Shown here in pieces: positions 19,327-28,798 of a DNA stretch of 64,000 nt. The notes beneath the pieces were generated by a model. That model was given only the letters and a program-made list of their open reading frames with translations. It had not been told where the DNA came from and searched no databases. How positions within the stretch are numbered: position 1 is the stretch's first letter; each line of letters starts with the position of its first letter. Both the position numbers and the translations under genes were made by a program. Origin of the DNA: an uncultured archaeon. GTDB lineage: Archaea; Altiarchaeota; Altiarchaeia; IMC4; QMZM01. The DNA is taken from contig CAZJVE010000004.1 in the NCBI GenBank assembly GCA_964549685.1, forward strand, positions 7,700 through 71,699, written 5' to 3'.

Positions 19327-22300
19327 GTGGACCCCAGGATTTTATTTATGGGCTGCATGTTTTTTCTCATTCTAATCAGCTCTGCAGATGCAGCAATATA
19401 TAACTGCTCCAACTGTTCCAACTGCGAGTCAGCAATCTCAGATGCTTCGGCCGGGGACACGGTCAACCTTTTGGCTGATATAGCAAACCAGTCCTGGAAC
19501 TGCATCGTCTGGGACAACAGCAACGTAACATTCGACTGCCAGCAGCACGGTATAGATGGTACTGACACCCTCTACGGAATTGTCATGGAGTACGACAAAG
19601 GAAACGTCATAAAAAACTGTGTGATTACTGACTTCATGATGGGGATATACCTCTATTATTCCGACAACAACCAGATTGGCGATAATACTATAGAGTCAAA
19701 CACCGGCAATGGAATCAAGCTGAGTCATTCCGCTGGCAACCTGATATCCGGCAATACATTGAAATCAAACACGGAGGACGGGCTCTATGTCTTTGGTTCA
19801 GGGAGCCAGGACAACACCATTCTCAACAACCTCGCGAGCTCGAACAACTACAACGGAATCTACATCCGCGACTCCTCCAGCAATACCCTCACAAACAATA
19901 CTGCAAACTCCAACGACGACCACGGAATCCGCCTTCGCGAGTCCTTCAACAACACCCTCACAAGCAATACAGCAAACTCCAACACAATGGACGGAATCAG
20001 TTTGTATGATTCCTCCAACAACACCATTACAGGAAACACCGCAAACTCGAACAGCTATTATGGAATCTACATCGTCTATCCCTCGGGCAGCACGGTGAAC
20101 TCGAACGAGGCGTGCTATAACGATGTAGATGATATCCACCTCTATAACAGCGAGGATAACTCAGGAGATGAGAACACCTGCGACACGACCTATGAGTGGA
20201 ACGATGAAGGAGCTACTGGATGCACCAATGCCTGCGGGGCTGCAACATCGACCAGCAGCACATCTACATCAACCTCGACAAGCACGACACCAAGCACGAT
20301 AAATGTTACTACGTCTACATCCACATCGACCAGTACAATATCGACAACCAGCACTACCTCAACCTCGACAAGCACAAGCACAACAACCCTGCCCTTGGGG
20401 GAGACTACCTGCAGCAACTGCTCCGACTGCAGCAATAAACTGAACGGAAGCTACTCCACAGTCAGGCTTGATGCCGATATAACCGAACACAGCCACAACT
20501 GCATAGAATTCAATACAAATGGCACGGTGTTCGACTGCCAGGGCCATATCATTGATGGGAACTATACTTCCCTATCCGGCAGCGGAGTTTATATCTCAGA
20601 CAAGTCCTCCAACACAGTAAAGAACTGCATAATCACGGACTTCAACCGTGGAATCTACGTTTACTACTCGCCCAGCAATACTCTCATAAACAACTCCGTC
20701 TCGAGCAACATGTATGGCGTCCATCTCCACATGTCCAACTATAGCACTATCGACAGCAACACAGTGGAATCGAATCTGGATTTCGGCATTCTCCTGTCCT
20801 TTTCCAGCTACAGCTACATGGCGAATAACAGGTTTTGCTCACACGGAGTCCTGGATATATTCCTGGAATACGTTACAGGAAATTCCGGCGACGAGAACAC
20901 CTGCGACAGCCCCGGAGGATGGAACGATACGGGAACAACCTACTGCACATATGGCTGCAGTGCAGTAACGACAACAACAACATCAACAACCTCCACAACC
21001 ACAATCCAGCCCCAGGTAATGCTGGCGAGAATTCTCCCTGATGAGGCCCTTCCGGGCGAGAATCTAACGGTCACACTTAGTCTGGACGTAAACGAATCGA
21101 ACACCCCGAACAGCATCGGTATAACTGAAACACCGCCGGCCGGCTGGGAGATATTGGAGACGTCAATAGACGGCAACCTTCAGTCAGCACCCGGCTCGAT
21201 AGAGTGGCTTCTCTGGGACATGGGCACATCGGTGGAGGACATGAATATCACATACACCTTGCACGTGCCAGAGAATGCAAATGGAACCTATTACTTCAGT
21301 GGGGAGTTCATGTACTACCTGGGCGATACGCGCACGGATGACAACATATTCGGCGATGAGCTGATAATCGTCAATGGAACATCCGTCCTGAGGCCGCACC
21401 TTACGGTCTCAAGGGGCAACACAACAATAAACGAAAATTACATAGACCTCGAATTTATTGTAGAGAATGATGGCAATTCAACGGCAGAGAATATAAGCGT
21501 CTGGACCTGGCTTGCTGGGTTCATTCCTGCAAGGGAGACCACCTACAACTACAATTCCAGCAACTTCTCGTTGGAGAGCTATGGTTCTGCCGTAAAGCTC
21601 GTGCTGAACTCGCTGGGGTCTCAGACCTCCACCAGCATGCGCTTCACCGCAGTGCCTGTTCTTGCCGAGGATGATGTTGACTACGAGATTGATTCCACAG
21701 GCCATGTGGACGTAACCTACATTGACAGCGACGGGGTTGAATACTCCGAAACCTTCACGACATCTGCAAGCATCCAGGAGCAGGACGTCTACTCGGCAAT
21801 CTCGGCCTCGGACTACCTTATAGTTACGAACCCTTCAAGGCTCTACTCCTACTACTCCAATGCCGATGTCCATAGCCTTCTCCTGGTAATGAGCAAACTG
21901 GCAAGGGAGGAGAACGGCGTTCTCGGCTTTGTTACGAACTATTCGGCAGAGTCCCTGGAGAGACTGATAGACAACGGATGGAACGGCAGGATGAATTCCC
22001 AGTGGAGGGACGACGGATTCCTGCTCCTTGTCGGAGAGACCGAGATAATCCCGTCCTGGGACATCAGCTTCGATTGCGAGGGCAGCCTCCCCCTATCCCT
22101 GACGGCCACGAGCTCGGATAACGTCTATGCCGACATACTGGAGGGCGACTCCTATGCCCCCGAGCTGTATATCGGCAGAATCATAGGGAATTCCGCCAGC
22201 GACCTGGAGAATTCCATCACGAACTCAATCGACGCCTCTCTGCAGAGGGACAATGCGCTGATTGCCAGTGGAAGCGGAAACGGGTGGGAGAGCTTCCTCA

Positions 22301-24237
22301 ACAACGCAATCGAGGCTGTAGACATACTGAGCGACTGGTTCAGCACAACCCGGCTCTACATGGGCAACTACAGCACGGACGGGGAGAAATTCAACGAGTT
22401 CAGCAGTTATACGAGCGATGCCGACCTGATATTCTGGAGGGACCACGGCTCCGAGCAGTCCTGGGGCACCGGCTTCATCGATACGGACAATGCAGCCAGC
22501 CTGGACTTGAGCTCCCTTCCATTAGTCTTCTCATCCGCATGCCTCACCGGGCATTATCAAAATACCTACAGCCTGGCCGAGGCCTTCCTTGCCAATGGCG
22601 CTGGAGTATTCATCGGCTCGACCGAGGTCAGCTACCGCACATTCAACAACGAATTCTCCAAGACGTTCTTCAATGAGTTCATGCACTCTACTGAGCGGCC
22701 GGTGGGCAAGTCACTGCGGGAGGCAAAGAGGGAGTTCAGGTCTGCAGGAACCGGCTCCTGCCAGATGAAGGCCCTGCTTGGCTATACGATAAACGAATAC
22801 AACCTCTATGGCAATCCGAAGCTCGGCTCCAGTTCGATACAGCAATCAGAGCTGATAGGAATACAGACCGTGGAAGGGCCGCTCTCCTCCCTCAATGTCA
22901 CGGTTCCGGACTACACTGTAACTGAGATGTTCAGCGAGCACTGGGTCGAGATTCCCAGCGGCAACATGCTCCTCGAGCCGGGCAACTGGCAGATACCCTA
23001 CTACAGGACAGCCATATCCTATCCTGCGGGCTATAAGGTACAGGGCGTTTCCATACTGGAAAGGGACGGTCTTATGCAGGCTACCGGGTTGATCATCCCT
23101 GAAGTGAGCATGGAGACGGGTGGAATTCCAACGGATAAGAGCCATGGCGTATTGCCGCAGAACCCCGGCTTCTATCCCAGCTCCGACTTCAGTTGGGAGA
23201 CGGTCGAATACCTTAACGGTACAACTATCCTCGTCATCTCGATGTACCCGTTCTACTACGATGCCAATACGACTGAGGTTCAGTTCTACAAGAACTACTC
23301 CTTCGGAATAAGCTACAGTCTATCTTTTGTGACTATGGGCCGGGTGCAAACGGACAAGGAAAACTACCTGATTGGAGAGCAGGTCAGCATAAGCTTTGAC
23401 GCAAACAACACACAGATACCCATAAACGCCACCGTCAATGCAACGATAAGGTACTATGGCAACAACGAGATTGCAGACTCGATAGGCCCCCAGACAATCA
23501 GCGTGGATGCCGGCGTTACGGAGGGTCAGATATACTGGAATTCCACCGGCTTTGAGGCAGGGTATTATCTCGTCAGCGTGAAGCTGTCAGACCCCAACGG
23601 ATATGAGCTGGACTCAGCAACCGAGAGATTCAGACTTGGTTTAGTTTCCGGTGAGATGGCTGATTTCTCGGCGTCGCCCCAGAGAATACGGATAGGGGAG
23701 TACGCGAACATTTCGCTAATATTCGATAACATCGGCACAGAGAACATCTCCGGTTCAGCCGCAATAAAAATCTACAATTCAAGTAGCTCTCTAGTGGGGG
23801 AGTTCAACCACAGTTTCACCAACCTGAACCCCCTGGACGCAGTTGACTTCTCATTCATATTCACTCCTTCGGCTGTCGATACGTACAAGATAATCGGCTT
23901 CATCCTCTACGGGAGCGAATCCACAGAGCCGCAGGAGATTAACATGACTGTGGGGTGTGCCATGAGGGGAGATGCCCAACCCTGTGACTCCATAATCGAA
24001 GACCTGGAGTTCCTGCTTTACCTGGACCTATGGGGCCAGGACGAGGTGGAGAATTCCCAGGTTCTTGAATCTGTTGAAAACTGGATAGATTATGGTAGCT
24101 GTGAGATAGAGGGGGACACCCCGCCATGCGGCGCTGTAGAGCTGGCTGAGGTGATAGATTTTATAACTGAGTGGGATGCAGGAAGTGCAGATTTGGAGGA
24201 CGTAATCGATTTGATAAACGAATGGGTGCCGGAGTGA
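19327..24237 (+). CDS. Large (1636 aa) secreted protein: two beta-helix (PbH1/NosD-like) modules, Ser/Thr linkers, C25 (gingipain-like) cysteine peptidase domain, Ig-like domains and a C-terminal duplicated helical Cys module
   Basis: Signal peptide MGCMFFLILISSADA (ATG at 19348 is the likelier start). CSNCS..C caps and N..x.N repeat rungs at ~19390-20230 and ~20400-20960. C25-like catalytic dyad context: FWRDHGSEQSW (His codon 22444-22446) and VFSSACLTGHY (Cys codon 22540-22542), plus YADILEGD..PELYIGRI. Confidence 0.85.
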   Translation: MDPRILFMGCMFFLILISSADAAIYNCSNCSNCESAISDASAGDTVNLLADIANQSWNCIVWDNSNVTFDCQQHGIDGTDTLYGIVMEYDKGNVIKNCVITDFMMGIYLYYSDNNQIGDNTIESNTGNGIKLSHSAGNLISGNTLKSNTEDGLYVFGSGSQDNTILNNLASSNNYNGIYIRDSSSNTLTNNTANSNDDHGIRLRESFNNTLTSNTANSNTMDGISLYDSSNNTITGNTANSNSYYGIYIVYPSGSTVNSNEACYNDVDDIHLYNSEDNSGDENTCDTTYEWNDEGATGCTNACGAATSTSSTSTSTSTSTTPSTINVTTSTSTSTSTISTTSTTSTSTSTSTTTLPLGETTCSNCSDCSNKLNGSYSTVRLDADITEHSHNCIEFNTNGTVFDCQGHIIDGNYTSLSGSGVYISDKSSNTVKNCIITDFNRGIYVYYSPSNTLINNSVSSNMYGVHLHMSNYSTIDSNTVESNLDFGILLSFSSYSYMANNRFCSHGVLDIFLEYVTGNSGDENTCDSPGGWNDTGTTYCTYGCSAVTTTTTSTTSTTTIQPQVMLARILPDEALPGENLTVTLSLDVNESNTPNSIGITETPPAGWEILETSIDGNLQSAPGSIEWLLWDMGTSVEDMNITYTLHVPENANGTYYFSGEFMYYLGDTRTDDNIFGDELIIVNGTSVLRPHLTVSRGNTTINENYIDLEFIVENDGNSTAENISVWTWLAGFIPARETTYNYNSSNFSLESYGSAVKLVLNSLGSQTSTSMRFTAVPVLAEDDVDYEIDSTGHVDVTYIDSDGVEYSETFTTSASIQEQDVYSAISASDYLIVTNPSRLYSYYSNADVHSLLLVMSKLAREENGVLGFVTNYSAESLERLIDNGWNGRMNSQWRDDGFLLLVGETEIIPSWDISFDCEGSLPLSLTATSSDNVYADILEGDSYAPELYIGRIIGNSASDLENSITNSIDASLQRDNALIASGSGNGWESFLNNAIEAVDILSDWFSTTRLYMGNYSTDGEKFNEFSSYTSDADLIFWRDHGSEQSWGTGFIDTDNAASLDLSSLPLVFSSACLTGHYQNTYSLAEAFLANGAGVFIGSTEVSYRTFNNEFSKTFFNEFMHSTERPVGKSLREAKREFRSAGTGSCQMKALLGYTINEYNLYGNPKLGSSSIQQSELIGIQTVEGPLSSLNVTVPDYTVTEMFSEHWVEIPSGNMLLEPGNWQIPYYRTAISYPAGYKVQGVSILERDGLMQATGLIIPEVSMETGGIPTDKSHGVLPQNPGFYPSSDFSWETVEYLNGTTILVISMYPFYYDANTTEVQFYKNYSFGISYSLSFVTMGRVQTDKENYLIGEQVSISFDANNTQIPINATVNATIRYYGNNEIADSIGPQTISVDAGVTEGQIYWNSTGFEAGYYLVSVKLSDPNGYELDSATERFRLGLVSGEMADFSASPQRIRIGEYANISLIFDNIGTENISGSAAIKIYNSSSSLVGEFNHSFTNLNPLDAVDFSFIFTPSAVDTYKIIGFILYGSESTEPQEINMTVGCAMRGDAQPCDSIIEDLEFLLYLDLWGQDEVENSQVLESVENWIDYGSCEIEGDTPPCGAVELAEVIDFITEWDAGSADLEDVIDLINEWVPE

Positions 24238-24325
24238 AATGAGAAATTCGGACACCAAAGCAATTATATCCTATCCCATCTAATCTATAATTATACTTTT
24301 TTCAAAAGAAACTTATAGATTAAAG

Positions 24326-27300
24326 ATGAATTCGAAATTCATAACTCTTGTTGCCGTTTTAATCCTTGTTTCCACCGCATACGGGCAGGAAACAACCCCC
24401 TATGCTGTTGTTGGTCGCGTCTATCAGCAGGATGGCGAAACACTCCAGGCCGATGCTGCCATCACCCTTATCTACCTACCGACCGGCGAGACCCTCACTC
24501 AGGATTCCTCGGCAAGCGGCGACTATCTCTTCGACATCTCGGACTTACCCGGCGGCTACGAGGTCGGGGAGCAGATACAGATTATTGCCGAATACAACAA
24601 TTCCGGGGCGAGCGTCATAGAGACGATAATCGAGGACGGCCCCATATTCGCCCAGAGCCTCGTTCTGGGCCCGCTGGCAGATAACGTCTCTGTCGTTCCG
24701 AACTATCTCCAGGGCGGCGAGACTGCCGAGGTTACTGTAATAAGCCTCGTCGTAAACGCTGTCGTCAATGCAACAATAGAGGGGGCAACGACCTTCCTTA
24801 CCCAGGGGGAGCTGGGCACATATTCTGGCTATATTACTGCCCCCGACGATGACGGCGTCTATGTAGTTGATATACTGATGGAAAGCCCCGAGGGCACAAC
24901 TGCACACTACCAGGAACTCCTGACGGTCGACAACCTCCCGCCCTCTCTCGTGATATACTATCCAACTAACGGCACCGCCACAACCAATCTGACAATACTG
25001 GTTGACGGAATTACTGAGCCGGATGCGACCGTAACCGTGGACGGAGTCGACGTGAACGTATCTGAACTGGGGAGATTCAACCACACTGTGACACTGGAAG
25101 CCGGCACCAACACCATCGTAGTTGATGCAGAGGACAGGGCAGGCAACATAAACCGGACGAGAGTTACCGTATTCCTCTACGCGCTCTACATCTCTGAGGT
25201 TTCGGCAGACTCGGTCCAGCTCGGCGAAGGGACCACAATCTACGCCGAGGTTATCTCAACCTTCGACATAGCCGGCGTAATAGCGCAGGTCCTCTCGCCT
25301 GACGGAACTACCCTGAACTATCCGATGGTTGAGGCCGACGGCGGCTATGATGTTGACATCCCGGAATATGACATCGCCCAGATAGGCGACTATAACGTAA
25401 CAGTAACTGCAACGGATGTAAACGGAAACACAACCAACGGAACCGGATGGTTCGAGGTTTACGGCACGAGAAGGTTCTACGGAGATGTCCTGGATTCCGA
25501 GAGCAATCCCGTTTCCACCACATTCAGTCTCTACAGGCCCGGAACCGAATACCTCATCCATGAATTCATAACCGACGTCTTTGGTGAATATGATGTAACG
25601 ATTCACAGCAGGAATTACGACCCAATGCTTGAATTCTCGGACATGGAATTCAAGCTGAACAACATAAACTTCACCCCGCTCCATGACGACCCCATAGACG
25701 TAGACCTCCTGGAAGGCAATGAAGTCTATATTGCCACTACCGAACCCATCAAGGGCTTTGCGGTCGATACAAACATCACAGCGACCGGCATTGTGGAGAT
25801 TACCTACTCGCAACTGGAAATAAGCAACGAGGAGCTGATTGAGATTTATGGGTGCAACGACTGGGACTTTGGGAACAAGACATGCAGGGGCTTATGGACG
25901 GCCCTTGACAGCCAGGTGGACAAGTTCGCAAACACCGTAACAGCGGCAATAAGCAAGCCGCTGGAGTCAACCGCCTATATGGCTGTGGAGGCCTCAAAGT
26001 GCGGCGACGGGGAATGCATACTGGAATATGGGGAAACCTGCAGCACCTGTCCGATTGACTGTGGCACCTGTCCCACGGGAGGGGGAGCGACAGACGTTTC
26101 CGGGATAGAGGCAACACTTCTCATCCTGATAGAAAAGATAACCATTCTCGAGGAGAGACTTAATCTCACTCAGGAGCAGATAAACATAAACCTCGAAAGC
26201 CGGGAAGTGACAGAGTATCTGAGGGGCGCGATATACAACCAGACGCAGGACATGGCCCTCCTTCTTCTCGCGAAAAAGGTCGAGCTGGTTTCCGGCTACC
26301 AGGTCGTTTCGGCTGAATTATACCCTGGCGAGTTTACAAAAACGTCCATAAGAATCAAGAACCCGTCCAACAAGAGCACAACAATGGCCGTGAATATATC
26401 CGGAAAGGTCGTGGACTTCATAAGCTTCGAAGAAGAAGCAGTGGAGTTAACGCCCGGCGAGGAATCTGACCTCATAATAAACACCTTCATTCCCGAGGGA
26501 ACGACTGCCGGCAACTACTATGGTGAGTTAACCTTAACCATCGCAGATATAGCCTCGAATATACCTGTAAATATAAGGGTCCTCGAGAGGAGGGAGAGAC
26601 TTCTTGACCTCAAGATTAACCCCCTTACGGACGTTATTGCCCCCGGAAGAACCCTCCGGGTTGATGTCAGTCTTTACAATCTTGGAACCAAGGATGTCAA
26701 TGTCGAATTCCTGCTCCAGCTTGTAGATTCCATAACTAACGACATAGTCGTCGAGAAATCGGAGAACATATCCATAGCTGCGGGGGCAAGCATCCCCCGG
26801 ATAGAGGACCTCAATATTTCCGAGGGCGTCAGGGAAGGAAAATACATAGTGAAAGGCATAGCCCGTTATCAAGGAGAGGGAGAGAGGGAGGTCGTTTCCA
26901 TATCCTATGTTGACGTTAGTAAGTCATTCTTTGAGTTGCAAATCTTTGGCATACCGGTCTGGATAATCCTGCTTGTTTTCTTCATCGTAACTCTGAGCTA
27001 TGTAGCATTCCTCCTCTACAAGAGGGAGCAGTCGAGAAAGAAACGTTATCTCGAGCTGGTTGAACTCAGGAGCCTGCCACAGCCTGGACCGCGCTCAGGA
27101 GTCATCGGCAAACTGGCGGAGACCGCAATAAGGGCATTTATGCCGGTAGACCGGCTGCAGATGCATACTCTTATCGCAGGGGCAACCGGTTGTGGAAAGA
27201 CAGTTGCTGCCCAGGTTCTGGTTGAGGAAGCACTCCTGAAAGAAGCCGCGGTCCTCGTTTTCGACCCAACTGCCCAGTGGAGCGGATTCCTGAGAGCGAA

Positions 27301-28711
27301 CAAGGACGCGGGAATGTTCCGTCTCTATCCAGCATTCAAGATGAAGGACAGCGACGCGAGGGTCTTCAACGGCAACGTCTACACGATAACGGAACCCGGC
27401 CAGAGGATAGAAGTAGGAAAGCACATCAAACCTGGAGAGATTTCCGTGTTCTGCCTACATAAACTCGACCCCTCCCAGATTGATTCGATAGTCGAGAATA
27501 CGGTAAGGGAGGTCTTCCTTGCGAACCTTGAGGAGACACCAAAGCTAAGGGCCCTCTTCGTGTATGACGAGGTCCACCGCCTGCTGCCAAAATTCGGTGG
27601 CTCAGGAAAGGGTTTCACCCAGGTCGAGAGGGCAGTCAGGGAATTCAGAAAGTGGGGCATAGGTCTTGTTCTGATTTCGCAGGTTTTGTCGGACTTCGTG
27701 GGAGAGATTAAGGCAAACATAGGTACAGAGGTTCAGATGAGGTCCCGCTATGAGGGCGACCTAGAAAGGATTAAGATGAAGTACGGCGAAGACATCCTGC
27801 GCTCAGTTGTGAAGTCAGCTGTCGGAACCGGTATGGTGCAGAACGCGGAGTACAACAAAGGAAGGCCATACTTCGTCAGCTTTAGACCCCTGCTCCATAA
27901 TCCCCACAGACTTTCCGACGAAGAGCTTGACAACTATGACAAGTTCAACAAGGAGATAACCAAACTCAGGGATAAACTGGAAATTCTCAAGAAGGGTGGA
28001 ATTGACGTATTCGACCTGGAACTGGAGCTGAATCTGGCACTGGACAATGTGAAGAAGGGCTCATTTGACGTGGTCAAGATGTATCTGGAATCCCTGGGCC
28101 CAAGGATAGAGGACGAATTCTCCAAGATGGGCACCGGGGAGAGGGAGAAGGCCGAGGCCAAGGCAAAAGAGGAGGAAGAGAGTGCAAGAAGGGATGCTGA
28201 GAAAGATGCAAAGCACGGGGAGATGCTTGAGGGCCTTAAGGAGAGAAGGGAAGAGAGAAACGAGAAGTGGGAGCGCCTAAAGACGGAAAAGCCCGAGGAA
28301 AAGCCATCTCCTGAGAAAAAGGAACTGAGCTCCGATGAGAAAAAGGCGGGTGAGAGGGTAAGGGAGATAATACGCCGTGGCAGGGGGGGCGCTGAGGGGA
28401 AAAGAGCGCCGTCCAGACGCCCCCTAGGGGAAAAGCCAGCCGAGAAACCACCTGAAAAGCCACCGGCTCCTCCAGCAGGGGAAAAGCCACCAGAGAAACC
28501 ACCTGAGAGACCACCAGCTCCTCCAGCCAAGGAAAAGCCCGCTGGAGAGGACGAGGAGCTGAAGAATATGCGCAAGGAGGTGGAGGAGCTGAAGGAGCTT
28601 CAGGAAGAGCTAAAGAAGTCTGGAGGCAAGATAACCCCTGAGATGAGGAAGAAGATAGAGGAGAAACTGAGGGCGAAGAGGGAAAGGGAGAAGAAATCGT
28701 CAGGCACATAA
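24326..28711 (+). CDS. Single-pass membrane protein (1461 aa): large Ig-like/CARDB-like ectodomain, TM helix, cytoplasmic HerA/FtsK-superfamily (DUF87-like) P-loop ATPase, coiled coil, Pro/Glu/Lys-rich tail
   Basis: Signal peptide FITLVAVLILVSTAYGQE. Cys knot KCGDGECILEYGETCSTCPIDCGTCP at ~25997-26085. TM segment at ~26949-27015 is followed by YKREQSRKKR. Walker A GATGCGKT at 27179-27202. Walker B LFVYDE at 27554-27571. WGIGLVLISQ...VG.IKANIGTEVQMR is typical of HerA/VirB4-like ATPases. EKPPEKPPAPPAGEKPPEKPPERPPAPPAKEKP at ~28430-28540. Confidence 0.85.
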   Translation: MNSKFITLVAVLILVSTAYGQETTPYAVVGRVYQQDGETLQADAAITLIYLPTGETLTQDSSASGDYLFDISDLPGGYEVGEQIQIIAEYNNSGASVIETIIEDGPIFAQSLVLGPLADNVSVVPNYLQGGETAEVTVISLVVNAVVNATIEGATTFLTQGELGTYSGYITAPDDDGVYVVDILMESPEGTTAHYQELLTVDNLPPSLVIYYPTNGTATTNLTILVDGITEPDATVTVDGVDVNVSELGRFNHTVTLEAGTNTIVVDAEDRAGNINRTRVTVFLYALYISEVSADSVQLGEGTTIYAEVISTFDIAGVIAQVLSPDGTTLNYPMVEADGGYDVDIPEYDIAQIGDYNVTVTATDVNGNTTNGTGWFEVYGTRRFYGDVLDSESNPVSTTFSLYRPGTEYLIHEFITDVFGEYDVTIHSRNYDPMLEFSDMEFKLNNINFTPLHDDPIDVDLLEGNEVYIATTEPIKGFAVDTNITATGIVEITYSQLEISNEELIEIYGCNDWDFGNKTCRGLWTALDSQVDKFANTVTAAISKPLESTAYMAVEASKCGDGECILEYGETCSTCPIDCGTCPTGGGATDVSGIEATLLILIEKITILEERLNLTQEQININLESREVTEYLRGAIYNQTQDMALLLLAKKVELVSGYQVVSAELYPGEFTKTSIRIKNPSNKSTTMAVNISGKVVDFISFEEEAVELTPGEESDLIINTFIPEGTTAGNYYGELTLTIADIASNIPVNIRVLERRERLLDLKINPLTDVIAPGRTLRVDVSLYNLGTKDVNVEFLLQLVDSITNDIVVEKSENISIAAGASIPRIEDLNISEGVREGKYIVKGIARYQGEGEREVVSISYVDVSKSFFELQIFGIPVWIILLVFFIVTLSYVAFLLYKREQSRKKRYLELVELRSLPQPGPRSGVIGKLAETAIRAFMPVDRLQMHTLIAGATGCGKTVAAQVLVEEALLKEAAVLVFDPTAQWSGFLRANKDAGMFRLYPAFKMKDSDARVFNGNVYTITEPGQRIEVGKHIKPGEISVFCLHKLDPSQIDSIVENTVREVFLANLEETPKLRALFVYDEVHRLLPKFGGSGKGFTQVERAVREFRKWGIGLVLISQVLSDFVGEIKANIGTEVQMRSRYEGDLERIKMKYGEDILRSVVKSAVGTGMVQNAEYNKGRPYFVSFRPLLHNPHRLSDEELDNYDKFNKEITKLRDKLEILKKGGIDVFDLELELNLALDNVKKGSFDVVKMYLESLGPRIEDEFSKMGTGEREKAEAKAKEEEESARRDAEKDAKHGEMLEGLKERREERNEKWERLKTEKPEEKPSPEKKELSSDEKKAGERVREIIRRGRGGAEGKRAPSRRPLGEKPAEKPPEKPPAPPAGEKPPEKPPERPPAPPAKEKPAGEDEELKNMRKEVEELKELQEELKKSGGKITPEMRKKIEEKLRAKREREKKSSGT

Positions 28712-28798
28712 AAGCACCCGTCTCAAATCTACACTTTTTATCGTCTATTCTTAATATATTTCTATCTTATAGTATCATCCATTCTGTCCCCTTCCAAG

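Noticed and set aside
20235-20390. Short-period DNA repeats (acatc/acctcgac/agcac...) that might be taken for a CRISPR array or minisatellite. Similar tracts lie at 14878-14935, 16630-16745 and 17330-17575.
   Set aside because: They are in-frame Ser/Thr-rich linker coding sequence within long ORFs. There are no constant-length direct repeats separated by unique spacers and no cas genes.
27934-28575. 213-aa and 157-aa minus-strand ORFs opposite the 3' end of the HerA-like gene
   Set aside because: They are Ser/Phe/Leu/Pro-rich mirror images of the Glu/Lys/Pro-rich coding strand. This is typical of spurious antisense ORFs in purine-rich coding DNA.
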